Shown here piece by piece: positions 17,401 to 24,539 of a DNA stretch of 64,000 nucleotides. Position 1 is the first letter of the stretch, and every line of letters begins with the position of its first letter. The notes below the pieces were generated by a model. It had not been told where the DNA came from. It saw only the letters and a list, made by a program, of their open reading frames with translations, and searched no databases. Source of the stretch: Nitrospiria bacterium (GTDB lineage Bacteria; Nitrospirota; Nitrospiria; DASWJH01). The translations under genes and the position numbers were made by a program. The stretch lies in NCBI GenBank assembly GCA_036397255.1, contig DASWJH010000046.1:5020-69019 (forward strand). Reading direction: 5' to 3'.

Positions 17401-17929
17401 AATGATAGGTGGTAGAGGGGGTAAGGTTACTCAGGGATCGGCTATGGTTTGTGGTTAGGTTTGAATTGATCGGTGTTGATGAACCGTAATTTGTGGTTAC
17501 CCCGTAATCCACCTGGGATGTTGCCCCTTCATTAGTCGCCCAAACAATGTCCACGCTAGAGCTGCCCATATTGACGGCAGATATCGATGAAATGGCAGGT
17601 GGAGTTATATCCCCGAAACTTTTATTCACCTCGATTGAATAAGGACTTTCATTACCTCCAAAATCATAAGCGGTGACCGCAAAAAAGTAGGTTCCCAAAC
17701 CCAATCCAGTTACGGTGTAAGAGGTCTGGTTCCCAACATCCATAGGGGGACTGTAGGTTCGAGAGGCGGTCCCAACGTAAACTTTATATCCTGCCAAATC
17801 GGGTTCGGTATTGGCATCCCAGCTGAGAAAGGCGTCTCCTGCATAACCCAAGCGGGAAAGTGCTAAAAACACAAATATGAATAAGGTGAGTTTAAAAAAA
17901 CAGGATAATGAGCTTGAAAATTTCATCAT
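14462..17929 (-). CDS. Giant secreted FN3-repeat surface protein (adhesin-like, about 11 tandem fibronectin type III-like modules)
   Basis: Signal peptide MMKFSSSLSCFFKLTLFIFVFLALSRLGYA. Roughly 96-aa modules recur, beginning DTTPPVISSI..ATITWNTDEGATSQVEYGTT.AYGSTSALNSTLVTSHSRSLSGLTSSTTYHYRV. The C-terminus has a G/S/P-rich linker, a GGCG motif, then a hydrophobic helix and a basic tail (IAMFIVPFLMGLRFLFQKWEKRK), which resembles a sorting signal or membrane anchor. Confidence 0.85.
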   Translation of the reverse strand: MMKFSSSLSCFFKLTLFIFVFLALSRLGYAGDAFLSWDANTEPDLAGYKVYVGTASRTYSPPMDVGNQTSYTVTGLGLGTYFFAVTAYDFGGNESPYSIEVNKSFGDITPPAISSISAVNMGSSSVDIVWATNEGATSQVDYGVTTNYGSSTPINSNLTTNHSRSLSNLTPSTTYHYRVVSQDVAGNMAISGDNTFITLNPPDTTPPAISNISSLSISNNGATITWVTNEPSSTQIEYGTSSAYGSTTSLINTLVTSHSQDLSGLLPSTVYHFRVLSRDNVGNLGNSGDNTFTTTSPPDTTPPVISSITEGSVTSTNATITWNTDEDATSQVEYGTTTAYGSTSALNSTPVTSHSRALSGLTSSTTYHYRVLSRDGAGNLATSADNTFSTLAAPDITPPVISSIAEGSVTSTSVSISWKTDEGATSQVEYGTTMSYGSTSALNSTLVTSHSRSLSGLTSSTTYHYRVISSDAAGNLATSADNTFTTLPAPDTTPPVISGLTASNISSSASVITWSTNEGATSQVEYGTTMSYGSTSALNSTPVTSHSRSLSGLTSSNTYHYRVRSIDAAGNQAVSGDNTFTTSPLPDTTPPVISSINEGSVTSTSATITWNTDEGATSQVEYGTTTAYGSTSALNSTLVTSHSRSLSGLTSSTTYHYRVRSMDAAGNQTVSADKTFTTSPLPDTTPPVISSINEGSVTSTSATITWNTGEGATSQVEYGTTTAYGSTSALNSTLVTSHSRSLSGLTSSTTYHYRVRSMDAAGNQAVSADKTFTTSPPPDTIPPSISGINTSNITGSGAIVNWSTNEGATSQVEFGLTSAYGFISNLDSSLKTSHQVTLSGLSSLKTYHFRIRTMDAMGNLSVSNDGTFNTLSLPDQTPPVISNINTTSLSNTTILITWVTNEAATSQIEYGQTTNYENTTPFNATMMLDHSMTINGLTPDFPYHFRVRSLDTAGNLSVSLDQIFKTPKAPDQIPPGQIKKFSAFENDQEILLTWTSPSDPDYIGTRIVFKTTGGFPENVNDGQLLGDFTGVPNEVQSTIHTGLQNGTTYYYSAFSYDGQGNYQTNPVTVQGTPQPGSGGSNTPPPTVSSQSGGSAISDMGSAVGGCGFVKDARHNQNRDVDIAMFIVPFLMGLRFLFQKWEKRKIFHMRPLVGNI
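15450..17000. repeat. Near-identical 288-bp tandem DNA repeats inside the adhesin CDS
   Basis: Shadow ORFs 15739..15942 and 16027..16230 are about 95% identical and sit 288 bp apart. The encoded FN3 modules 5-7 are nearly identical at the protein level. Confidence 0.8.
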
Positions 17930-17948
17930 AACTTTTCCCCTTTACATT

Positions 17949-18068
17949 AAAAAAAAACCGCCAAAGACTTTTCCCCTTTGGCGGCTCGGCGGGCATTTGA
18001 TCCCTGAGGGATCATTAGCCCCGGTGCTCTGCGTCACCACCTTTCGATGGATTTGCTCTGAGCAAAGG
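17949..18068 (-). promoter_or_regulatory. c-di-GMP-I (GEMM-I)-type riboswitch, copy 1 (proximal to the adhesin start), with an intrinsic terminator
   Basis: Minus-strand RNA: CCUUUGCUCAGAGCAAAUCCAUCGAAAGGUGGUGACGCAGAGCACCGGGGCUAAUGAUCCCUCAGGGAUCAAAUGCCCGCCGAGCCGCCAAAGGggaaaagucUUUGGCGG-U9. It matches the GEMM-I core remembered from V. cholerae Vc2 (..GGGCAAACC AUUC GAAA GAGU GGGACGCAAAGCC UCCGGCCUAA..): GCAAA(c/u)C, a 4/5-bp P2 capped by GAAA, the J2/3 GACGCAGAGC, and a P3 with CUAA. The terminator is a perfect 9-bp stem plus U9, and its 5' arm CAAAGG could alternatively form P1 with the 5' CCUUUG. Confidence 0.7.
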
Positions 18069-18192
18069 TATCAAACGAACAAGATGTCCCCAATTTATAT
18101 AGGCTTTGAAAGCCCATCCTTCCTAACCAGTGTGAGATTCCAGGCGGAATTCTCACTTTTTTTATTCGATGGCATCCCCCCTTTCTTTTTTT

Positions 18193-18312
18193 AAAAAAAA
18201 CCGCCAAGGATAGTTTTCCTTTGGTGGCTCGGCGGGCATTTGATCCCTGAGAGATCATTAGCCCCGGTGCTCTGCGTCTCCACCTTTCGATGGGTTTGCT
18301 CTGAGCAAAGGG
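18193..18312 (-). promoter_or_regulatory. c-di-GMP-I (GEMM-I)-type riboswitch, copy 2, with an intrinsic terminator
   Basis: Minus-strand RNA: CCUUUGCUCAGAGCAAACCCAUCGAAAGGUGGAGACGCAGAGCACCGGGGCUAAUGAUCUCUCAGGGAUCAAAUGCCCGCCGAGCCACCAAAGGaaaacuauCCUUGGCGG-U8. The core is identical to copy 3. The terminator stem has one mismatch and one bulge. Confidence 0.7.
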
Positions 18313-18391
18313 AATAAAAAGTTAAATTTTTTGGGTTTAATTTTAAAAAACCATAAAGTGTGATTCCCCTATATTGGTTTTAGGTCAAAAT

Positions 18392-18507
18392 AAAAAAGCC
18401 ACCAAAAAGAATCCTTTGGCGGCTCGGCGGGCATTTGATCCCTGAGAGATCATTAGCCCCGGTGCTCTGCGTCTCCACCTTTCGATGGGTTTGCTCTGAG
18501 CAAAGGG
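18392..18507 (-). promoter_or_regulatory. c-di-GMP-I (GEMM-I)-type riboswitch, copy 3 (promoter-proximal), with an intrinsic terminator
   Basis: Same aptamer core as copy 2. The terminator is GCCGCCAAAGGauucUUUUUGGUGGC followed by a U-rich run (9 bp including one G.U pair). Confidence 0.7.
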
Positions 18508-18546
18508 TATTTACTTTATTTAGTTTTTTAAATTTCTTGAAACTGG

Positions 18547-18575
18547 AAATTACACCTGTTTTTAAAATATGTCAA
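18547..18575 (-). promoter_or_regulatory. Sigma70-like promoter driving the riboswitch array and adhesin gene
   Basis: On the minus strand: TTGACA (18575..18570), a 17-nt spacer, then TAATTT (18552..18547). This places the TSS about 25-30 nt upstream of riboswitch copy 3. Confidence 0.5.
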
Positions 18576-19008
18576 GCTTTAAGATTGCAATTTAAAAAAA
18601 TCATTCAAAGATTCCCCCCTTATAACAACCCGACCAAGCCGGGTTGGGTAAAAAGGCTTAAAGAGGTTTCGTGATTGTTCGATCTAACTTTTGTGATGGT
18701 TCCCTTTTTTGGTGCATTTCAAATGCCAAACCCAATTTGGATTTCAAAAAGCATAAAAATTTCAAAATGAATTTGTAAACAATCAACCAGTTAGATCGAA
18801 CTGAATTTTTCTTGATGAGTCAAATTCGTAATGGGTTCGAATAGAATTCCGGAATCGACCTACATAGGGTTGTTCAAAAAGGGCACACTTTTTATGAGAA
18901 AATTTGAAAATCCCAGAAGGATGGGCTTATAATGCTTCGAAAAGGCGGAAATTTCTGGAAAATTTTCCCAACCCACAGGAACCAGCGCTTTTAAAGGGAG
19001 GTTCAAAT

Positions 19009-19404
19009 ATGCTTTTTAAATTAATTTTGCTGTTTTTGGCGGTTCCTTTGGTGGAAATTTACTTTCTTATCAAAGTGGGGGAAATTTTTGGGGCCTTTCA
19101 TACCGTTTTCTTTGTTATATTGACCGCTATAATCGGTGCCTTTTTTGCTCGATTGGAAGGTCTTCGAACCCTTGGGAAAATGCAAATTCAGTTACAAAAT
19201 GGACAGATGCCTGCAGAAGAAATCATTGATTCCCTTTTGATTTTTATGGCCAGTGTTTTATTACTGACCCCGGGCTTTTTAACCGATGCCATTGGATTTT
19301 TGATCTTGTTTCCCGTAACCCGGGTTTTTATTAAACGGTGGCTACGTCGGCAGTTTGATTACTATTTAAATAAACGGGCCATTGATATTCATTTTAAACC
19401 CTAA
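19009..19404 (+). CDS. fxsA: FxsA family cytoplasmic-membrane protein
   Basis: MLFKLILLFLAVPLVEIYFLIKVGEIFG...TPGFLTDAIGFLILFPVTR is typical of FxsA. A GGAGG RBS precedes the internal ATG at 19009. The longer ORF beginning at 18904 is probably an over-extension. Confidence 0.7.
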   Translation: MLFKLILLFLAVPLVEIYFLIKVGEIFGAFHTVFFVILTAIIGAFFARLEGLRTLGKMQIQLQNGQMPAEEIIDSLLIFMASVLLLTPGFLTDAIGFLILFPVTRVFIKRWLRRQFDYYLNKRAIDIHFKP

Positions 19405-19477
19405 CGGTTTATAGATTTAGAAGGATTAATGAATTTTCTATTAAAACCCACTTTAAAATTTTGGAAAAAAAAGAGGA

Positions 19478-19615
19478 TTGACAAATCCCATTGAAAATTT
19501 TATATTAGGAGAAACCTTTAACCTAGCTCTGTGAGGCTAGAAAGGGAAGGAATGGATAAAAAACTAAGTTTACTAAAGGCCTTCTCCTGTCACTAGGGGG
19601 GCCTTTTTTTTTGCT
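19478..19615 (+). promoter_or_regulatory. pyr operon promoter plus PyrR-binding attenuator (binding loop and intrinsic terminator)
   Basis: Promoter: TTGACA (19478-19483), 17-nt spacer, TATATT (19501-19506). PyrR binding loop: CCUAGCUCUGUGAGGCUAGAAAGG (compare B. subtilis ..AGUCCAGAGAGGCUGAGAAGG). Terminator: AAGGCC...GGCCUU followed by U9 (19577-19615), just before the pyrR ATG. Confidence 0.7.
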
Positions 19616-19629
19616 TTTGGGTAATTTGG

Positions 19630-20172
19630 ATGGCAAAGCGATTGGCAAAAGTTATTTTAGTACAACAGGAAATCGAAAGGGCTTTAAATCGGATTTCCCA
19701 TGAAATATTGGAACGACATTCTGGGGCGAAAGAAATTGCTTTGGTGGGAATCAGAACCTGCGGGGTTCACCTCGCCCACCGGTTGGTAAAAAAGATAAAA
19801 GAAATTGAAGGAGTGGAGGTCCCCATTGGGATTTTGGATATAACCCTCTACAGGGATGACCTAGCAACCAAACGCGGACAAGCTGCCCTTAAAAAAACCG
19901 AAATACCTTTTTCAATTTCTCAACAACATATTATTTTAGTCGATGATGTTCTTTTTACAGGGAGGACCATTCGCGCTGCCATGGATGGGCTGGTTGACTT
20001 TGGGAGGCCCCGATCCATCCAACTGGCCATTTTGGTGGATCGGGGGCACCGGGAACTTCCCATTCGAGCGGATTATATCGGAAAGAATATTCCCACCTCT
20101 ATTTCCGAAGAAGTCAAAGTATTACTTGAGGAAGAGGGGGAGGAGGATCGTGTGGTTTTATTCTCGAGTTAA
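19630..20172 (+). CDS. pyrR: Bifunctional pyrimidine operon regulator / uracil phosphoribosyltransferase PyrR
   Basis: PRTase motif [18 protein letters not shown]. The PyrR N-terminal region is conserved. Confidence 0.9.
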   Translation: MAKRLAKVILVQQEIERALNRISHEILERHSGAKEIALVGIRTCGVHLAHRLVKKIKEIEGVEVPIGILDITLYRDDLATKRGQAALKKTEIPFSISQQHIILVDDVLFTGRTIRAAMDGLVDFGRPRSIQLAILVDRGHRELPIRADYIGKNIPTSISEEVKVLLEEEGEEDRVVLFSS

Positions 20173-20211
20173 TTGCGCAAAAAAATAAAAAAATTTTTCT
20201 AAAAGGCTGAA

Positions 20212-21135
20212 ATGCTGAAACAAAAAGATCTTTTGGGAATATGTGATTTGGAACCCGGAGATATCCATCTTATTCTAGAAACCGCAGAATCTTTTAAGGA
20301 GGTGACCGGAAGAGACATTAAAAAGGTCCCGACCTTAAGGGGAAGAACGGTAATAAACCTTTTTTTAGAAGCCAGTACCCGAACTCGAACCTCTTTTGAG
20401 TTGGCGGCCAAACGACTCAGTGCGGATGTTTTAAATTTTTCCCCAAGTTCGAGCAGCCTGAGTAAAGGGGAATCTCTTTTGGATACGGCCAGAAACATTG
20501 AAGCCATGCGTGCGGATATAATTATCATTCGACATACAGCCGCAGGGGCTCCCTGGTTACTGAGCCGACACCTAAAAAGTTCGGTGGTGAACGCGGGGGA
20601 TGGTGCCCATGAGCATCCCACCCAGGCCCTTCTAGATCTTTTTACCATTAAGGAACGGTTGAAAAGAATTGAAGGGCTTCAGGTTGCCATTGTTGGGGAT
20701 ATCAGTCACAGTCGCGTGGCCCGGTCGGATATTTTGGCCTTAAGGAAATTGGGCGCAGAGGTCTGTGTCTCCGGGCCCCCAACCATGATTCCCTGTGGCA
20801 TAGATCGTTTAGGGGTAGAGGTGGAATACAATTTAGACCGTGCTCTAAAGGGAAAGGATGTCATTATTATGCTTCGGCTGCAATTGGAGCGACAAACACG
20901 TTGTTTGTTTCCCAGCCTTCGTGAATATTCAAGGTTGTATGGGCTTACCTCTGAGCGGGTTCAACTGGCAAAAGAACACGCTTTAGTCATGCATCCTGGA
21001 CCGGTCAATCGGGGAATTGAAATCTCCCCTGAGGTTGCGGATGGACTTTCCTCAGTCATTTTAGATCAAGTGACCAATGGGATTGCAGTCCGAATGGCCG
21101 TCCTTTACCTTCTCTCAGGTGGAAAGGAAACCTAA
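20212..21135 (+). CDS. pyrB: Aspartate carbamoyltransferase catalytic subunit
   Basis: STRTRTSFE carbamoyl-phosphate binding motif and the HPTQ motif are present. The stop overlaps the pyrC start (TAATG). Confidence 0.9.
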   Translation: MLKQKDLLGICDLEPGDIHLILETAESFKEVTGRDIKKVPTLRGRTVINLFLEASTRTRTSFELAAKRLSADVLNFSPSSSSLSKGESLLDTARNIEAMRADIIIIRHTAAGAPWLLSRHLKSSVVNAGDGAHEHPTQALLDLFTIKERLKRIEGLQVAIVGDISHSRVARSDILALRKLGAEVCVSGPPTMIPCGIDRLGVEVEYNLDRALKGKDVIIMLRLQLERQTRCLFPSLREYSRLYGLTSERVQLAKEHALVMHPGPVNRGIEISPEVADGLSSVILDQVTNGIAVRMAVLYLLSGGKET

Positions 21136-22436
21136 TGGTTTTGATCCGTGGGGGCCGTATTATTGATCCGGCCAATCAAAGAGATGAAATAGTTGATGTT
21201 TTAATTCAAGGTTCAAAAATTACCCGGATGGGTTTAAACCTTGATGCAAAAGGGAGTCAAATTATCGACGCAAAAGGAAAAATTATCTCTCCCGGATTTA
21301 TTGATGTTCATACCCATCTTCGGGAACCTGGTTTTGAGTATAAAGAAACCATTCGAGATGGAATGGCCGCAGCGGCCGCAGGAGGATTTACGGGGATTTG
21401 TTGTATGGCCAATACATTTCCGGTTAATGACAGTCAATCCATTACCGAGTTAATTTTAAAAAAAGCTCGGGCCAATGGAAAGGTTCATGTCTATCCCATT
21501 GGGGCCGTTACCAAAGGGTTAGAAGGGAAAGAACTATCTGAAATGGGTGAATTAATGGAGGCGGGTTGTGTTGGGTTCTCTGACGATGGGAAACCCATTA
21601 TCAATGCACAGGTCATGCGCAGAGCCCTTGAATATTCCAAAGCATTTGATATGCCGATTATTGCTCATTGTGAAGACGAAGATCTTTTTGGTGAGGGGGT
21701 CATGAACGAGGGAGGGGTAGCCACGTCCTTAGGTCTTCAGGGAATTCCCAATGCCTGTGAAGAAACCATGGTGGCCAGGGATATTATTTTAGCCGAGCTG
21801 ACGGGAGGCCGTCTGCACATTGCCCATGCCAGCACGGCAGGGTCCGTGGATTTGATCCGAAGGGCCAAGGCCAAAGGGATCCGTGTGACTGCAGAGGTGG
21901 CGCCGCACCACTTTATTCTAACGGATGAAGCGGTTAGGGAATATCAAACCCACGCAAAAATGAATCCACCTCTGCGGTTTCCCAAGGATGTGGAAGCATT
22001 AAAAGAAGGTTTAAAGGACGGAACGATCGATATGATTGCAACGGATCACGCGCCCCATGCCAACGAAGAAAAAGAGACGGAGTTTGATCTAGCCCCCTTT
22101 GGAGTCATCGGGATGGAAACCGCCCTACCCTTATCCCTAAAATTAGTGGAAGAGGGTCTCCTTTCTTGGAATGAGTTAATTCAAAAGCTTTCCTCTAACC
22201 CCTCTGTTGCGTTCAACCTTCCCGGGGGAAGATTGGAAGAGGGAGGAGAAGCCGATCTGGTTTTGATTGATCCTGAGGCCTTTTGGGTCATTCGTAAAAG
22301 CGAGTTTTTCTCTAAGGGGCGAAATTGCCCTTTTGATGGATGGAGGGTAAAGGGAAGAGTGGAAATGACGTTCATCGGGGGAGAGGTGGTATTTCAGCAA
22401 AAGGGGTGGCCTTCTTTGAACAGGGAAACGGTATGA
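21135..22436 (+). CDS. pyrC: Dihydroorotase
   Basis: Motifs [14 protein letters not shown] and DHAPH are present. Confidence 0.9.
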   Translation: MVLIRGGRIIDPANQRDEIVDVLIQGSKITRMGLNLDAKGSQIIDAKGKIISPGFIDVHTHLREPGFEYKETIRDGMAAAAAGGFTGICCMANTFPVNDSQSITELILKKARANGKVHVYPIGAVTKGLEGKELSEMGELMEAGCVGFSDDGKPIINAQVMRRALEYSKAFDMPIIAHCEDEDLFGEGVMNEGGVATSLGLQGIPNACEETMVARDIILAELTGGRLHIAHASTAGSVDLIRRAKAKGIRVTAEVAPHHFILTDEAVREYQTHAKMNPPLRFPKDVEALKEGLKDGTIDMIATDHAPHANEEKETEFDLAPFGVIGMETALPLSLKLVEEGLLSWNELIQKLSSNPSVAFNLPGGRLEEGGEADLVLIDPEAFWVIRKSEFFSKGRNCPFDGWRVKGRVEMTFIGGEVVFQQKGWPSLNRETV

Positions 22437-23542
22437 AAAAGGCGTTGTTGGTTTTATCAGATGGAACGACTTTTCAGGGCTGGGGATTTGGGGCCACGGG
22501 CGAGCGAATAGGAGAGTTGGTTTTCAATACCAGTATGACGGGTTATCAAGAAATCCTAACGGATCCTTCCTATAAAGGGCAAATGGTGGTCATGACCTAT
22601 CCCCACATTGGAAACTGTGGGGTAAACCCGGAAGATATGGAATCCCCTCGTCCCTCTTTAGAGGGATTCATCGTAAAGGAGCAGTCCCCCATTTCAAGTA
22701 ATTGGAGATCTAAGCAGGACTTAGATTCCTTTCTAAAAGAAAAAGAGATTGTTGGAATTGAAGGAATCGATACCCGGGCCCTCACCCGGCATATTCGGGA
22801 AAAAGGTGCACAGATGGGAATTTTGTCCACTGAGGACTTGGAAAGGAAAAACCTTTTAAAAAAGGCCGAGCATTCTAAGGGTTTAATTGGTTTGGATCTT
22901 GTTAAAGAGGTAACTTGCCTATCCTCGTATACCTGGGAGGAGGGGAGTTGGGATCCTCAAAATGGATTTAAGAGGCCATCTCAATTTCCATTCCATGTGG
23001 TTGCTTATGATTTTGGAATTAAGCGGAATATTCTTCGTTTGTTGGTGAATGCGGGATGCAGGGTGACCGTGGTTCCCGCGAATACCCCTGCCGAGGAGGC
23101 ACTTCGTTTAAATCCAAATGGAATTTTTTTATCCAATGGGCCCGGAGACCCTGAGGGGGTTTCTTACGCCGTTGCCACGATCCGATCGCTTTTAGGAAAG
23201 AAACCGATTTTTGGAATCTGCCTGGGACATCAATTGTTGGGGCTGGCTTTAGGGGGTAAAACCTATAAGCTGAAGTTTGGGCATCACGGAGGAAATCAAC
23301 CCGTAATGGATTTGAAAACAAAAAAGGTAGAGATCACAACCCAAAACCATGGGTTTGCGGTTGACGTGGACTCCATGGGAGATGACATTGAGTTAACCCA
23401 TATCAATTTAAATGATCAAACCGTTGAAGGAATGAGGCATAGAGCATTTCCTATTTTTTCGGTTCAATACCATCCGGAAGCCTCCCCGGGTCCTCATGAT
23501 GCTTCTTATCTTTTTGACCGGTTTGTGGAGATGATGAAATGA
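22433..23542 (+). CDS. carA: Carbamoyl-phosphate synthase small (glutamine amidotransferase) subunit
   Basis: Internal ATG at 22433 overlaps the pyrC stop (ATGA). The GATase motif GICLGHQ and the catalytic H..E are present. The ORF-table start at 22340 is an upstream extension. Confidence 0.9.
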   Translation: MKKALLVLSDGTTFQGWGFGATGERIGELVFNTSMTGYQEILTDPSYKGQMVVMTYPHIGNCGVNPEDMESPRPSLEGFIVKEQSPISSNWRSKQDLDSFLKEKEIVGIEGIDTRALTRHIREKGAQMGILSTEDLERKNLLKKAEHSKGLIGLDLVKEVTCLSSYTWEEGSWDPQNGFKRPSQFPFHVVAYDFGIKRNILRLLVNAGCRVTVVPANTPAEEALRLNPNGIFLSNGPGDPEGVSYAVATIRSLLGKKPIFGICLGHQLLGLALGGKTYKLKFGHHGGNQPVMDLKTKKVEITTQNHGFAVDVDSMGDDIELTHINLNDQTVEGMRHRAFPIFSVQYHPEASPGPHDASYLFDRFVEMMK

Positions 23543-24498
23543 AACAGTTTATGGGGTTTTTCTTATTTGGCCTGCTTGCTTTGGGGTTTTCTGGCTGCAT
23601 TAAGGTTTCGCTTTTTCCAAAACCCGTCCCTTTTGAAGAACAGGTGATTTCAGGAAAGGGAAAAAACAAGATACTCCTGCTCGACATATCCGGAGTCATT
23701 CAGGAGGAAGAAACCAGCCTTTTTTCTGGGGAACCAGATTTAGTCGCCCGGGTGAAGGAACAGCTCACCAAAGCGGCTCGGGATGAAACAATTAAAGGGG
23801 TTTTGCTTAGAATCAATAGTCCGGGGGGAACGGTGACGGCTTCTGACCTTATTCACCATGAGGTAATGGAGTTTAAAAAGAAAACTGGAAAAAAGGTTTT
23901 TGCCGTGATCATGGGTGTGGGTGCCTCTGGAGGGTATTACATCGCGGTTTCCGCCGATAAGATTGTCGCCCATCCCACCACCGTAACGGGGAGTATCGGT
24001 GTCATTATGCTCAACGTCAGCCTCCAAGGCCTTCTTGAGAAAATTGGAATTGAGAATGAAACCATAAAATCCGGCGATAAAAAAGATATGGGGTCTCCCT
24101 TGAAAAAAATGACAGAAGAGGAAAGGGCTTTATTTCAAGGAGTGATTCGAGCGCTTTACGATGAGTTCGTCAATGTGGTGGCTCAAGGTCGTCAAAACTT
24201 AACGGAAGAAAAGATCCGCACACTGGCCGATGGGCGAATTTATTCCTCCCAACAAGCCTTGGCGACCGGATTGGTGGACCAAATCGGGTATCTTCAGGAC
24301 GCTTTTGAGTTGGCCAAAAAAGAAACAGGTTTAGAACAGGCGAAGCTGGTTCTTTATAAAAGGCCGGGGCAATACCGCACCACTATATATTCCCAGGGGC
24401 CATCCAATCCCCCCAGAATTAATTCCTTGGTTCTTTTTGATTTAAAAGGGTTAATCCAACCTGGGGTTCCGAAATTCATGTATTTGTGGGTTCCCTAG
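23539..24498 (+). CDS. sppA: Signal peptide peptidase SppA (S49 family, 36K type)
   Basis: Lipobox/signal LLALGFSGC. Typical S49 core (INSPGGTV...GASGGYYIA). Confidence 0.8.
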   Translation: MKQFMGFFLFGLLALGFSGCIKVSLFPKPVPFEEQVISGKGKNKILLLDISGVIQEEETSLFSGEPDLVARVKEQLTKAARDETIKGVLLRINSPGGTVTASDLIHHEVMEFKKKTGKKVFAVIMGVGASGGYYIAVSADKIVAHPTTVTGSIGVIMLNVSLQGLLEKIGIENETIKSGDKKDMGSPLKKMTEEERALFQGVIRALYDEFVNVVAQGRQNLTEEKIRTLADGRIYSSQQALATGLVDQIGYLQDAFELAKKETGLEQAKLVLYKRPGQYRTTIYSQGPSNPPRINSLVLFDLKGLIQPGVPKFMYLWVP

Positions 24499-24539
24499 GT
24501 TAAACCCATTTATTGAGGATTTAAACGGAGGAAAAAGAT

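Noticed and set aside
17949-18507. The three ~115-bp tandem repeats separated by ~100-bp spacers might be a CRISPR-like array, REP elements, or tandem sRNA genes with GGA motifs (Rsm/Csr sponge)
   Set aside because: The units are far longer than CRISPR repeats and there are no cas genes. Their internal sequence matches the GEMM-I aptamer core (GCAAACC / GAAA tetraloop hairpin / GACGCAGAGC) and each ends in a terminator, which fits a riboswitch better than a protein-sponge sRNA.
17877-18674. ORFs 17877..18194 (+), 18034..18258 (-) and 18435..18674 (+)
   Set aside because: They run through the riboswitch/terminator array and have no RBS and no coding signal, so the region is explained by structured RNA.
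22340-22432. An N-terminal extension of carA ([17 protein letters not shown]...) overlapping the pyrC 3' end
   Set aside because: The extension lies entirely inside pyrC in another frame. The internal ATG at 22433 gives the conserved CarA N-terminus ([12 protein letters not shown]) and an ATGA overlap with the pyrC stop.
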